64,000 nucleotides of DNA from Comamonadaceae bacterium (GCA_043777675.1 JAYWHR010000065.1:9992-73991), one strand, 5' to 3'. Shown: positions 9,473 to 19,559, counted from the stretch's first letter. Made by a program: numbers and translations. The notes: generated by a model from the sequence alone, not told the origin.

Positions 9473-10018
9473 ATGATTGTTACCCCAACATCCCTACCCG
9501 AAGTGCTCATCCTCGAACCCAAAGTGTTCGGCGATGAGCGCGGCTTTTTCTACGAGAGCTTTAACGCAAAGGCATTCGAGCAAGCCACAGGTGTCAAGAA
9601 AACTTTTGTGCAAGACAACCATTCCAAATCAGCCAAAGGCGTATTACGCGGTCTGCATTATCAGATTGAACAACCTCAAGGCAAGCTAGTGAGAGTGACG
9701 CAGGGTGAAGTGTTTGATGTGGCGGTAGACATCCGCAAAAGCTCGCCAAATTTCGGCAAATGGGTGGGCGTGAATTTAAGCGCGGAAAATAAACGCCAGC
9801 TTTGGGTGCCAGAGGGGTTTGCGCATGGCTTCTATACTATTACCGAAAGCGCAGAGTTTCTCTATAAAACGACCAACTACTATGCGCCACAAGCAGAAAG
9901 GTGTATTGTTTGGAATGATGCGCAGATCGGGATTGATTGGCCTGTGATTGCTCAGCCCGCCGTATCTGCAAAAGATGCTTTCGGCCTAGTATTCACTGAA
10001 GCTGAAAAATTCGATTGA
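9473..10018 (+). CDS. rfbC: dTDP-4-dehydrorhamnose 3,5-epimerase
   Basis: FGDERGFFYESF, FVQDNHS.S.KGVLRGLHYQ, PEGFAHGF. Confidence 0.97.
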   Translation: MIVTPTSLPEVLILEPKVFGDERGFFYESFNAKAFEQATGVKKTFVQDNHSKSAKGVLRGLHYQIEQPQGKLVRVTQGEVFDVAVDIRKSSPNFGKWVGVNLSAENKRQLWVPEGFAHGFYTITESAEFLYKTTNYYAPQAERCIVWNDAQIGIDWPVIAQPAVSAKDAFGLVFTEAEKFD

Positions 10019-10022
10019 CGAA

Positions 10023-11018
10023 TCATTCCGTGTAAAACACCCCTTCGCCAGCATGATTTTCTAAAAACTCGTGTTTTACAGTTTGCTCAATGGCTCTTTC
10101 AAGCGGAACGGGAGGCACAAAGCCTGTGCGTTCTAGCGCTGTGTTGTAAACAGAATTAGCACAAAACTTTTTGACGCGAATGGCGCTGATAGGAAATTGT
10201 TTGCCTGTGAGATTCGCCACCCCATCAAAACACTTGCCAATCATGTGGCCGACAGCGAAGGGCAGTCTAAAACGAATCGTCTCCGAGCGACCAAGCATGC
10301 GGTTCACGTTGGCAACCAAGCTATTCATCGTGAAATCTGGCTTGTCAATATAGTTAAAAATATGCAAACCTGGGCTAAAGCTCAAACTGTGCTCGATGAA
10401 CGCTGTCACATTCTCCACATAAGCCATCGATTTTCTGTTCTCTCCATTACCCACCATCACAAATTTGCCCGAGGCGATTTGTTTAAGGAGGTTATATACG
10501 TTTCCACGATTTTGTTCGCCAAAAACCACTGTGGGGCGAATGATCACCAGTGAACGTTCTGAAGGAGCTTCGGCCTGCCAAGCTTTAAAAATGAGCTCAG
10601 CTTCGCTTTTTGTGCGCCCATATTCGTTGAAGGGAGCAATCTTTCCTGATTCATCAGTTCCCAGCGGCGCAAATCCGTAAACCGCAACCGTGCTTGTGAA
10701 AACAATAGTCTTCACATTCTTTTCACGCGCAACAGTACAGATATTTCGTGCACCTTCAATGTTGACGTCGCTATAAAGGCTCAAAGGCCGGACATCATCT
10801 CGGTGCTCTGCAGCTAAGTTGATAATGACAGACGCTTCGGAAATCGTCGCTCTTAGCTGATCAGGGCGGGTTACATCGCCGAGCGCCACCAGTTCTGGAT
10901 GAGCTTTACTGGATGCCTTGTCGATGATTTTGACATTCAGCAAGTTGGTGAAGCTAAGTCGACGTACTAAACGAGTCCCAATGAAGCCGCTGCCACCAAT
11001 CACATTTACTGTTTGCAT
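10023..11018 (-). CDS. gnu: Gnu-like GlcNAc-PP-undecaprenol 4-epimerase (extended SDR)
   Basis: GGSGFIG, LAAEHRDDV, RPTVVFGEQNRGNVYNLLKQIASGKF, RVKKFCA, all matching my recollection of E. coli O157 Gnu. Confidence 0.78.
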   Translation of the reverse strand: MQTVNVIGGSGFIGTRLVRRLSFTNLLNVKIIDKASSKAHPELVALGDVTRPDQLRATISEASVIINLAAEHRDDVRPLSLYSDVNIEGARNICTVAREKNVKTIVFTSTVAVYGFAPLGTDESGKIAPFNEYGRTKSEAELIFKAWQAEAPSERSLVIIRPTVVFGEQNRGNVYNLLKQIASGKFVMVGNGENRKSMAYVENVTAFIEHSLSFSPGLHIFNYIDKPDFTMNSLVANVNRMLGRSETIRFRLPFAVGHMIGKCFDGVANLTGKQFPISAIRVKKFCANSVYNTALERTGFVPPVPLERAIEQTVKHEFLENHAGEGVFYTE

Positions 11019-11164
11019 TTGAATATCCCTTGAGTGCATGGAGTTCGCGTAAATAAGTTGCTTGTGTGATCATCGAAAAAAGGAAAGTTATGCCGCCAAC
11101 ACAGTAGCTCGCTTTTCTTCACGTCATATTTTATTTGTGGCAAGACAAAATCATGCTAGCACTT

Positions 11165-12427
11165 TTAATTTTTCTGAATTTTTTGGCTCGGATGCATGGC
11201 TGATGACCGCATTTTGTGAAAGAAAATACTGAATCTAGCCAGTTGCCCGGCTTCGGTATAGGATGCCTCGACGAGCCTTCGTGCGTTATCTCCGCGTGCT
11301 TCAATCGCACAAAGGTCATCGATTGACCATTGGTTGATCAACTCGATTAGTTGGTTGGCCTCGCTCCAGTCGAATGCCCAGCCGATATCATGCGACTTGA
11401 CGAGTCGATATATCTCACTGTCTTTCGGACCCAGAAACAGCATGGGCTTACCAGCGGCCAAGATGTTGTAGGTCTTCGACGGGACGCCAAGACCATACAT
11501 GTCAGGTCCTAGGATCACGAGAGCAATGTCACACGCACCCAGTACCCGGCTTTGATGGGCTCGGGGATAAGCCCCCTTCAGGATGAATCTCTGTCGACCT
11601 TGCGTTGCCTCGCGCAGCGCTGTTGACAGAGCGCCGGAGCCACGGAACACGTACTGGATAACATCGTTTTGCGCGGCCGAGACAAGCGCTACGAATTCGA
11701 GCAGACCTTGGGCGCGACCGATGTTGCCCGCGTATTGAATGACAATCCGATCCGACAGGCCCATGCCCGGGATCATCGATTGGTCTCGGGGAATCCGTTC
11801 CACTAACGGGTGGTCTGCCCAGTTTTCGATGAGTGTGATCCTGTCGGCACTGGCGGGAACTTTTTTGGCGATCACTTCGGACATGTCCCGGCCAATGGTG
11901 ATCACGGCGTCTGCCGAACCATATGCCCAGTCGAACACTCGGCGGATCAGCGGATATAGAAAGTGCTGGCGCCGAATGACACCAGCGGCCACCGCGTTCT
12001 CGGGAAATACGTCGTGGACGAGGAATACCAGCTGGAATCGCCGAACCTGCCGGATCATCGCCAAAGCGACCAGCAGAGGTGCTGGGTTGGTAACTGCAAA
12101 TACGGTGTCGGTGCGCCGGGATTTCAGGAGCGTTTTCCAGCCTAGGCCAATAGTCAGCATCAGCAAGCGAGCGAGCCGTGCCAGCAGTTTGTTTTTACTC
12201 AGCTTAGGTGCCCATGTCCGTACGATGCTGGCTTCATTAATCGGTGGTTTCTCCGCATTGTGGTGTGCTCGCCCTTCATAGGAGGCTGGGCCGGTCAGAA
12301 CCAACAGCTCAAACTCACGCGTAAGCTCGCTAGCAATCTTTGTGAGAATGTGGGCCGTCGCCGACTCCTCCGGATAGAAGAGTTCTGAGACCAAGACAAT
12401 ACGTTGTCTGTTACACATATTAATCAT
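11165..12427 (-). CDS. GT4 glycosyltransferase, WbuB-like (candidate L-FucNAc transferase)
   Basis: SELFYPE, HDVFPENA, YAGNIGRAQGL, PSK.YNILAAGKP; follows fnlABC. Confidence 0.78.
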   Translation of the reverse strand: MINMCNRQRIVLVSELFYPEESATAHILTKIASELTREFELLVLTGPASYEGRAHHNAEKPPINEASIVRTWAPKLSKNKLLARLARLLMLTIGLGWKTLLKSRRTDTVFAVTNPAPLLVALAMIRQVRRFQLVFLVHDVFPENAVAAGVIRRQHFLYPLIRRVFDWAYGSADAVITIGRDMSEVIAKKVPASADRITLIENWADHPLVERIPRDQSMIPGMGLSDRIVIQYAGNIGRAQGLLEFVALVSAAQNDVIQYVFRGSGALSTALREATQGRQRFILKGAYPRAHQSRVLGACDIALVILGPDMYGLGVPSKTYNILAAGKPMLFLGPKDSEIYRLVKSHDIGWAFDWSEANQLIELINQWSIDDLCAIEARGDNARRLVEASYTEAGQLARFSIFFHKMRSSAMHPSQKIQKN

Positions 12428-12433
12428 CTAGGA

Positions 12434-13570
12434 TCAATACGCTTTCCACACCACACGCCTGACATAGTCTGTGTAACTGTGGATGATGCGCAGAATCTTG
12501 TCCGACACATTGGGAACGCTGTAGTCCGCCACCAAGCGCAGAGATCGTTCGACACCGCGTGACTGAGTGGCCAAGATGGCTAGGCCTTGGCGCACCCTGT
12601 CCACCTCCAAGCCGGTCATCATTACAGCCGCTTCTTCCATGCCCTCTGGCCGCTCGTGCGCCTCGCGCAGGTTTAGCGCAGGGAAGTTTAGGATCGACGA
12701 CTCTTCGTTGATCGTTCCACTGTCCGACAGCACAGCTTTGGCATGCATCTGCAGATTTACGTAATCATGAAAGCCAAGAGGCTTCATAAGCCGTATTTGC
12801 GGATGAAATTTGACGCCTGTTGCATCGATACGCTTTTGGGTACGGGGATGCGTTGACACCACAATAGGCAGTTCATGGTCTTCAGCAACAGCGTTTAACA
12901 CACCAACCAACTTATTAAAGCTCCGATCAGACTCAATGTTTTCCTCACGATGCGCGCTAACTACAAAGTACTGCTCGCCAGTCAAGCCAAGTCGAGCTAG
13001 CGCATCAGATTCCTTAATTTGCGGCATATAGTGATGCAACACTTCAAACATAGGGCTTCCGGTATTGATCACTTGATCTGGCGGCAAGCCTTCGCGCAAT
13101 AAATAGTCTTTCGCTATGCTGCTGTAAGTTAAATTTATATCTGCCGTGTGATCAACAATTCGGCGATTTGTTTCTTCCGGTACACGCTGATCAAAGCAAC
13201 GGTTGCCAGCCTCCATGTGAAAGATCGGGATCCTGCGCCGCTTGGCTGGGATGACAGATAAACAGCTGTTGGTGTCCCCAAGCACCAGCATGGCTTCTGG
13301 CTGAATCTCAGCGAGCACTTGGTCTACACCGATGATTAGGTTGCCAATCGTGTGTGCTGCGCTCATAGTATTGATAGCGCTGCCTAGGAAATGGTCAGGC
13401 TTGCGAACTCCCAAATCGTCAAAAAACACCTGGTTGAGCTCATAGTCGTAGTTTTGTCCTGTATGCACCAGCACATGCTCACAGTGCTTGTCGAGTGCCG
13501 CAAGGACACGCGAGAGCCGGATGATCTCCGGTCGTGTGCCCACCACTGTCATTATCTTGAGCTTTTTCAT
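12434..13570 (-). CDS. fnlC: UDP-2-acetamido-2,6-dideoxy-L-talose 2-epimerase (FnlC/WbjD)
   Basis: GTRPEIIRLS, HTGQNYDYEL, HMEAGNRCFD, DSGTINEES, HERPEG; third gene of an fnlABC block. Confidence 0.87.
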   Translation of the reverse strand: MKKLKIMTVVGTRPEIIRLSRVLAALDKHCEHVLVHTGQNYDYELNQVFFDDLGVRKPDHFLGSAINTMSAAHTIGNLIIGVDQVLAEIQPEAMLVLGDTNSCLSVIPAKRRRIPIFHMEAGNRCFDQRVPEETNRRIVDHTADINLTYSSIAKDYLLREGLPPDQVINTGSPMFEVLHHYMPQIKESDALARLGLTGEQYFVVSAHREENIESDRSFNKLVGVLNAVAEDHELPIVVSTHPRTQKRIDATGVKFHPQIRLMKPLGFHDYVNLQMHAKAVLSDSGTINEESSILNFPALNLREAHERPEGMEEAAVMMTGLEVDRVRQGLAILATQSRGVERSLRLVADYSVPNVSDKILRIIHSYTDYVRRVVWKAY

Positions 13571-14700
13571 ACTTTCACTTTCATGGCTACAGTGTCCGGG
13601 CGCTGTTGGTCAAAAACCTCGTTGGCCCAGAGCATCACGATCATTTCGTCGTCTCCTATATTGGTGATGTTGTGCGTCCAGCCAGGGACAGTCTCCACAA
13701 TCTGTGCTTCGCCACCGCGTGTCACCAGTTCGTGGGTTTCGCCCGAGAGGATGTGGCGGAACCCGAAATGAGCTGTGCCTTTGAGCACTAAGAATTTTTC
13801 GGTCTTGCTGTGGTGGTAATGCTCGCCGCGGGTCACGCCGGGGTGTGCAGTGAAGTAAGAAAACTGCCCCGCGTCGGCCGTCTTCAGCATCTCGACAAAT
13901 TCGCCGCGCTGGTCGGCATGTCGAGGCACGGTGTAGGCGAACGCGGTTGGCGGCAGATAGCTGATGTATGTGCTGTAGAGCGCCCTCAAAAAGCCGGTGC
14001 CCACGCGATCAGTCAGCAGCGTGTTGCGGCTCGCTGCAAAACCGCGCAAGGTGGCTGCCACCTCAGCCACGGTGGTCGTGTACGCCGGAGCCACCGTGTC
14101 AAATGCGTCGGATGCCTGTGCCTCGCTGTTTGTCGCGGATATGCACGCAACAAAGGCCTGCACCACATCGTCCACGTAAACTAGATTTAACGGAGGTGCT
14201 GCTTCGTTCACCGAAATTGGTAGACCATAGGCCACGTTGTGGCAGAAGGTTGCAATGGCTGAATTGTAGTTGGGACGAGCCCACTTGCCAAACACATTGG
14301 GCAGCCGGAACACGTGCACCGGTGCACCAATGGCCGCGCAGTAAGCGCGAACCGTAAACTCGGCAGCGGCTTTGCTACGACCATAGGGGTTGTCTTGCGC
14401 AGCTTGGGTGGATGAAGCCAGCACCACGCGCGCCTTGCGCCCAGCAGCCGACAAGGCATCACAGATCGTCTGTGTCAACTCAGCATTCCCTGTTGTGAAC
14501 TCGGCTGGGTCTTTGGGTCGGTTGACACCAGCTAGGTGAAATACGCAGTCTGCCTCTTCCATCGCATGCTGTACATCGTTGGCCGACGAAGCACGGGTGA
14601 TTTCGGTCACTTGGGTGTGCCCGAGCTCGCGAAGGCGTACACGAAGATTCTTGCCAATGAAACCGTCGGCGCCGGTGATCACGATGCGCATGGGGTTCAA
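13567..14700 (-). CDS. fnlB: FnlB/WbjC reductase with C-terminal cupin domain
   Basis: TGADGFIGKNL, HLAGVNRP, NVFGKWARPNYNS, HYHHSKTEKF. Confidence 0.87.
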   Translation of the reverse strand: MNPMRIVITGADGFIGKNLRVRLRELGHTQVTEITRASSANDVQHAMEEADCVFHLAGVNRPKDPAEFTTGNAELTQTICDALSAAGRKARVVLASSTQAAQDNPYGRSKAAAEFTVRAYCAAIGAPVHVFRLPNVFGKWARPNYNSAIATFCHNVAYGLPISVNEAAPPLNLVYVDDVVQAFVACISATNSEAQASDAFDTVAPAYTTTVAEVAATLRGFAASRNTLLTDRVGTGFLRALYSTYISYLPPTAFAYTVPRHADQRGEFVEMLKTADAGQFSYFTAHPGVTRGEHYHHSKTEKFLVLKGTAHFGFRHILSGETHELVTRGGEAQIVETVPGWTHNITNIGDDEMIVMLWANEVFDQQRPDTVAMKVKV

Positions 14701-15752
14701 TCCTCGGCGGTGGCGTAGTCGCCTCGGGCAATATTTTGTATGAAATCCAGCTTGAGCAACAGCCGCTTCATGCCCGTGACATCCAGCCGCGTGGTGTTGT
14801 GTGAGTTGTAGTCTTCGCCATGTGTGCTCTGGGTGATGCGGGCCTCGCCTTGGTCAACGAACTTGGCGTAGTTCAAGTCACGCCCGTCTGGCGGCACGCG
14901 GAAATAGTCGCCCAAATCTTCAGCGCATGCCATGTCTTCCCTGCTGAGCAACGCCTCATACAGCTTTTCGCCATGCCGCGTGCCAATCGCACGCACCTCG
15001 TGACCCGGTTTGCCCATCACCGCCAGAATGGCCTCAGTTAGCACAGCCACCGTAGCTGCGGGTGCCTTTTGAATGAACATATCGCCGTTTTTGCCGTGCT
15101 CAAAAGCGTAGAGCACCAAATCCACCGCGTCGTCCAGCGTCATCATAAATCGCGTCATAGCGGGGTCGGTGACGGTGATAGCCTTACCGCCCTGCACCTG
15201 TTTGACGAATAGCGGAATGACCGAACCGCGCGAAGCCATCACATTGCCGTAGCGCGTGCCACAGATTACGGTGGGGGTGCCCTCTAGGTTGCGGCTAGCC
15301 GCCACCATCACCTTTTCCATCATGGCCTTGCTGATGCCCATGGCGTTGATCGGATAGACGGCTTTGTCGGTGCTCAAGCAAACGACCCGCTTCACCCCCG
15401 CGGAAATAGCCGCTTCCAACACATTCTCGGTGCCCATTACATTGGTGCGCACCGCCTCCATGGGGTGGAACTCACAAGAGGGCACCTGCTTCAATGCGGC
15501 GGCGTGGAAAACATAGTCCACACCGCGCATGGCAGTGCCTATGCTTCGCTCGTCACGCACATCACCAATGTAGAACTTCAGCTTGGGATGTTTGTAGCGC
15601 TTACGCATGTCATCCTGCTTCTTCTCATCTCGACTGAAAATGCGGATCTCACCGATGCTGGATTGCAAGAAACGACGAAGCACAGCGTTACCGAATGAAC
15701 CGGTGCCACCAGTAATTAATAGGACGCGACCTTCAAATGTGCTGGAAATCAT
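14697..15752 (-). CDS. fnlA: UDP-GlcNAc 4,6-dehydratase/5-epimerase (FnlA/WbjB)
   Basis: TGGTGSFG, SRDEKKQDDMR, AALKQVPSCEF, STDKAVYPINAMGISK, RYGNVMASRGSV. Confidence 0.9.
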   Translation of the reverse strand: MISSTFEGRVLLITGGTGSFGNAVLRRFLQSSIGEIRIFSRDEKKQDDMRKRYKHPKLKFYIGDVRDERSIGTAMRGVDYVFHAAALKQVPSCEFHPMEAVRTNVMGTENVLEAAISAGVKRVVCLSTDKAVYPINAMGISKAMMEKVMVAASRNLEGTPTVICGTRYGNVMASRGSVIPLFVKQVQGGKAITVTDPAMTRFMMTLDDAVDLVLYAFEHGKNGDMFIQKAPAATVAVLTEAILAVMGKPGHEVRAIGTRHGEKLYEALLSREDMACAEDLGDYFRVPPDGRDLNYAKFVDQGEARITQSTHGEDYNSHNTTRLDVTGMKRLLLKLDFIQNIARGDYATAED

Positions 15753-15761
15753 GAAACTCTC

Positions 15762-16475
15762 TTAGTGGTTGGATTTGAAAACGCCAACGTAGGATTCACC
15801 CGCAGACCAGCGAAGGGAACCAAAAGCAAACAGCAAAAACCAATTGACCAAACCCAAGGGCAACTTGTTTAGCAAGGGAATGCCAGAAAAGAAGGTGCTG
15901 CCTGAATATAGCGAGTTAAATCCATGCGATGTAATCAGAGTATCCCAGTCCTGTTTGTGCTTAAGTGACACATGGTCATCGCGGTAGCCATGCCACCCCT
16001 CTTTCATGAGCCGCGCACCCAAACCGGACAGATTCGGCGTTGTTACAAGGAAGATTCCACCGGGCTTTAGGTGCGCCTTAACTTTATCTAGCATGGCAGC
16101 CGGATTGTACAAATGCTCAATAACCTGAAAAGATACGATCAAATCGTATTTGCCTTTACCGAGATCGAAATTCTCGGCATTTCCTTGGCGCAGATTTGCT
16201 TGGGGTGCACGTGAAGCGGTTTCTTGCAAGAGCCGTTCGTCGTATTCCAGTCCGGTAAACCGGCTGTTTGCAAAGTTCTCGCTGGCAAATTCTAGGAAAA
16301 ATCCTGACCCCGTGCCGACTTCAAGAATTTCAAGTGGCTGTGTTCGGTCGAGGTTCTTATTTAAGAGTCTGAAAGCAAAAGCATAAGTGAGCCTGCGTTT
16401 GAATCGGTAAAGGCCGCCTCGTTTCTCAATATAAGGTGATGGAATATCACTTTTAACAGAGATTTTTTCATTCAT
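15762..16475 (-). CDS. Class I SAM-dependent methyltransferase
   Basis: LEVGTGSG, FQVIEH, VTTPN. Confidence 0.8.
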   Translation of the reverse strand: MNEKISVKSDIPSPYIEKRGGLYRFKRRLTYAFAFRLLNKNLDRTQPLEILEVGTGSGFFLEFASENFANSRFTGLEYDERLLQETASRAPQANLRQGNAENFDLGKGKYDLIVSFQVIEHLYNPAAMLDKVKAHLKPGGIFLVTTPNLSGLGARLMKEGWHGYRDDHVSLKHKQDWDTLITSHGFNSLYSGSTFFSGIPLLNKLPLGLVNWFLLFAFGSLRWSAGESYVGVFKSNH

Positions 16476-17539
16476 TTTTTTTCCGATACGAAATTCATAA
16501 ACGATTTTGAAAGGGCACGGTAATCGAAATTATCTAAGTAGTAGCTTCGGCAGTTCTGGGATAAGGTCGCCCATGAAGCCTCAAGTTTGGTAGCAGCTTG
16601 CAGAAATTCGTCTAGTGCGTAGCTATCAGAGATCAAGACGCCATGAACGCCATTCTCAAAGTATTCACTCTGGTTGCAGGTCGATACTAAAACAGGCGTA
16701 CCGAACATGTATGCCTTTGGCAGCACTCCGCTTTGCATGGAGCGCTTGTATGCATTCCAAACCACGAAGCTCTGTGCATAAAAGCGGTTGATCTGGCTGT
16801 TTGTCATGGGGTTGCCAGACTGTAAGACGAGGCGACCTGAAGACACGCACTGATCAATAGCAGCACGGTGCTTTAAAGGTATCTGGCTGCGAGTCGCAAT
16901 CAGGAAGCGCAGCGGGGACAGCGCCTGGTCTGCAATGCAAGCTTGCATTAGGCGGACGAATTCGTCAAAGGCGTGATCTTCGGCAATAGTGCCGATGTAG
17001 GAAACAAAATCTCTAGTGTAGCTCTGCGTTTCAGGCCCGCTTTCGTCGGCAAACATGAGGTTAATCTTGGCGTAACGGCGCGGCTGGAGTCGTGCGGCTG
17101 GAATGGCCTCAAAAGCGCGCGTCGAAGGTAGGATGATCTTGTCAGACAGCGCACAAATAACTCGACTCACCATGGAAATAACGGTGACTCGCACCGTCTT
17201 GAACCAACTGAAGCCGCCCGCCCGATAGGATGAAAAAGACGTAAATGGCTCATGATAGACGTAGACCGTCGTTGCTCGGGCGAATAACTTGACAAACAGC
17301 AGGTTGAAAATTACTGAAATACTGGCGTACCAAACGATGAATAGATCGCCTTTGCCAAGCGCTATAAAGCTCGAGAGATCCGCCTCTCTGCCCTTCATGG
17401 CGCAATCGGCAAACAACAAAAATCTTTTGTGCACGCAGAATCTCACGTCGAACCCATGCTCTTCAAGCAACTTGGAATTGGCTTCCATGTGGGAGATGTG
17501 TCCCGGATTGAAGCGCTTGGATGCTAGGATTGATTTCAT
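16472..17539 (-). CDS. Putative GT-B (GT4-like) glycosyltransferase
   Basis: N-terminal FNPGHISH and C-terminal SGVLPKAYMFGTPV resemble GT4. Start reassigned to MKSIL to remove the overlap with wzy. Confidence 0.65.
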   Translation of the reverse strand: MKSILASKRFNPGHISHMEANSKLLEEHGFDVRFCVHKRFLLFADCAMKGREADLSSFIALGKGDLFIVWYASISVIFNLLFVKLFARATTVYVYHEPFTSFSSYRAGGFSWFKTVRVTVISMVSRVICALSDKIILPSTRAFEAIPAARLQPRRYAKINLMFADESGPETQSYTRDFVSYIGTIAEDHAFDEFVRLMQACIADQALSPLRFLIATRSQIPLKHRAAIDQCVSSGRLVLQSGNPMTNSQINRFYAQSFVVWNAYKRSMQSGVLPKAYMFGTPVLVSTCNQSEYFENGVHGVLISDSYALDEFLQAATKLEASWATLSQNCRSYYLDNFDYRALSKSFMNFVSEKK

Positions 17540-17562
17540 AGATGGACACTGAGTGCGGATTC

Positions 17563-18780
17563 TCAGAGTGTCGCCAAAGTACGTTTTGGAGTTGAAGTGG
17601 TGTGACGACAATAGTGTGTGATGGCCGCTACAAGCCCTAGCGGAAGTATGCCGTTGGTAGAGAATAAATAAGGGTTTATTGCTGCGTTGATCAAATAAAT
17701 GGAAAACCCTGGGTAAATCCACTGCAAGTCAGAGCGCAGATTTTTTGTTGCTCTAACTAACATAAATAGGGTACCAATAAGTAGTGAGGCGAGGACGATT
17801 CCAAAAACACGTATCAACTCAATGTAGGTGAGTTCTGTTTTACTAGCCTTCTCTTCCATGGCTATCATATCTCTTAGTGGTGGTGACCATTCATGAGCAT
17901 TAAATCCCTGACCAAACAACAAGACTTGGGGGGCTGAAAATATCTCGCCATACCCATGCAGTAGCGATACCTTCATCGAGTTACTTGTTTCAGAGGTGGA
18001 AAAGAAAGAACTTAGTAGAGCGCTGACTTCTTCTGAACCAAGTCCTATGGCTGTTAACAATGTGGCGAGTAGGGCAATGCCTTTAACGGCAGCTCTTGGA
18101 GTGCTTAGCAGGACCATGTAAAACGGAGCAAATGCTAGTGCAATCAGTATGTGCGCTCGTGTCCCGGTTAACGCGAAAGAAAAGGCTGTTGCTGAAAAGA
18201 TAAGAAAACTCAGGACATTTTTCTTTTGTCTAAACTTGCCAAAATCATAGGCCATCAAGAGGATCAACAAGGGCGATGCCAGAAAATAGATGTATGGGAA
18301 TGTGATATTCGAGTACTCTCGATAGCTAAAAAGTGCAACGTTTCTTTCGCCGAAAAATCCAAGCCAACCGTCGAAGGAAAATATCTGTGCTACATATCCT
18401 GCAAAAACGAGGAGCGACAGCAGTCTAGTTGAAAGTACGAGCGATCTAATTCCGAACTCGCACATGCGTAGATTACGATAGAGTAGTGATGTGAGCATCA
18501 GTACGCCAGCCGCCAAGTAAGATGTGTCTATAAATTCACCGCCGTTCGCTCGAAACGAATACATGAAAAGTCCGTAAATTGGAAGCACGCCCGCTAGTAA
18601 CAATATCAGTAACCCACGATATGATCTGTCTAACTGCTTTAACGAGCCTGTCCATAATAGCCACAGCAAGCATGCGCATGCTGTCGCAAGAGCTAAATAT
18701 CTGATCCCAAACGTGAGTCCAATAGGATCAACTATGGCCCCAAACCATAGTAATGCTATTGCAGATTTCGCTAGTAGCAT
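17563..18780 (-). CDS. wzy: O-antigen polymerase Wzy (putative)
   Basis: About 10 hydrophobic segments, late soluble loop, AT-rich codons, position in a wzx cluster. Confidence 0.65.
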   Translation of the reverse strand: MLLAKSAIALLWFGAIVDPIGLTFGIRYLALATACACLLWLLWTGSLKQLDRSYRGLLILLLAGVLPIYGLFMYSFRANGGEFIDTSYLAAGVLMLTSLLYRNLRMCEFGIRSLVLSTRLLSLLVFAGYVAQIFSFDGWLGFFGERNVALFSYREYSNITFPYIYFLASPLLILLMAYDFGKFRQKKNVLSFLIFSATAFSFALTGTRAHILIALAFAPFYMVLLSTPRAAVKGIALLATLLTAIGLGSEEVSALLSSFFSTSETSNSMKVSLLHGYGEIFSAPQVLLFGQGFNAHEWSPPLRDMIAMEEKASKTELTYIELIRVFGIVLASLLIGTLFMLVRATKNLRSDLQWIYPGFSIYLINAAINPYLFSTNGILPLGLVAAITHYCRHTTSTPKRTLATL

Positions 18781-18914
18781 GGTTAATTTGGTGCAATTAA
18801 ATTCGAATTAGAATAAACGATTAAGCGGTTGTGAGTGGCATTGGAATGCACTAAATCGGTATTAAAAGAAAAATCTTGCATGCTTAAATCTTCTGCGGCG
18901 CATTTGAATTGTGG

Positions 18915-19559
18915 TTAGGGTTTGATAGCTCTTGTAATATATTGGACTGCAAGAAACTGTTCCATTAAACCGAAAGTGAGTCGGTTAAGCAAAGCGGATC
19001 TGCTGTTTCCTTCAACATTGGTTGGATTGCACTGCACAACCTTCAAGCCAGCTTCTTCGATCAATCTAATCATGCTCTTTTTAGTGAAAAATCTGAGGTG
19101 GGTTTTATCGAGAACGCCTGATTCTTTATACTCGAATTCACCCCTTAGGAGCTGTACGACGAGAGAGTGGTTGCGGGCGTTGGGTATGGAGGTTATGACA
19201 GTCCCACGTGCGCATAAATTGTCTTTGACTAAGCAATTTAGGGTCGCCCATGGATCCTTTAAGTGCTCCAAGACATCCAAAAGTAATATGAGATCAAATT
19301 GTCCAAGCGTTGACCGGGATTCATTCCGTTCAATATCCAGATTCCTTACTACATCCACTCTTTTCGAAGCGACTTCTGCAGCTCTTTCAGATAACTCAAT
19401 GCCTACGGTGATCGAATCTGGAAACTTGGATTTTATGATGCTCAATGTCGCACCTGAGCCGCAGCCTACTTCCAAAACTCGATGGATTTTTTCTGGGAGT
19501 AGTTGAATGATGTCCTCTCGGGGGTTTGAAAAATAACTGGGCTGCTTTTCTTCGTACAT
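18915..19559 (-). CDS. Class I SAM-dependent methyltransferase
   Basis: LEVGCGSG, DVLEHL.DPW, S.PNARN, G.LDKTHLRFFT. Confidence 0.82.
   Translation of the reverse strand: MYEEKQPSYFSNPREDIIQLLPEKIHRVLEVGCGSGATLSIIKSKFPDSITVGIELSERAAEVASKRVDVVRNLDIERNESRSTLGQFDLILLLDVLEHLKDPWATLNCLVKDNLCARGTVITSIPNARNHSLVVQLLRGEFEYKESGVLDKTHLRFFTKKSMIRLIEEAGLKVVQCNPTNVEGNSRSALLNRLTFGLMEQFLAVQYITRAIKP

Noticed and set aside
16472-17722. Long ORF-track starts for several genes (GT 17722, wzx 23101, frmA 42287, MNT2 8564, bclA 49300, rph 28818)
   Set aside because: They overlap neighbouring genes or repeats; downstream ATGs fit family N-termini better.
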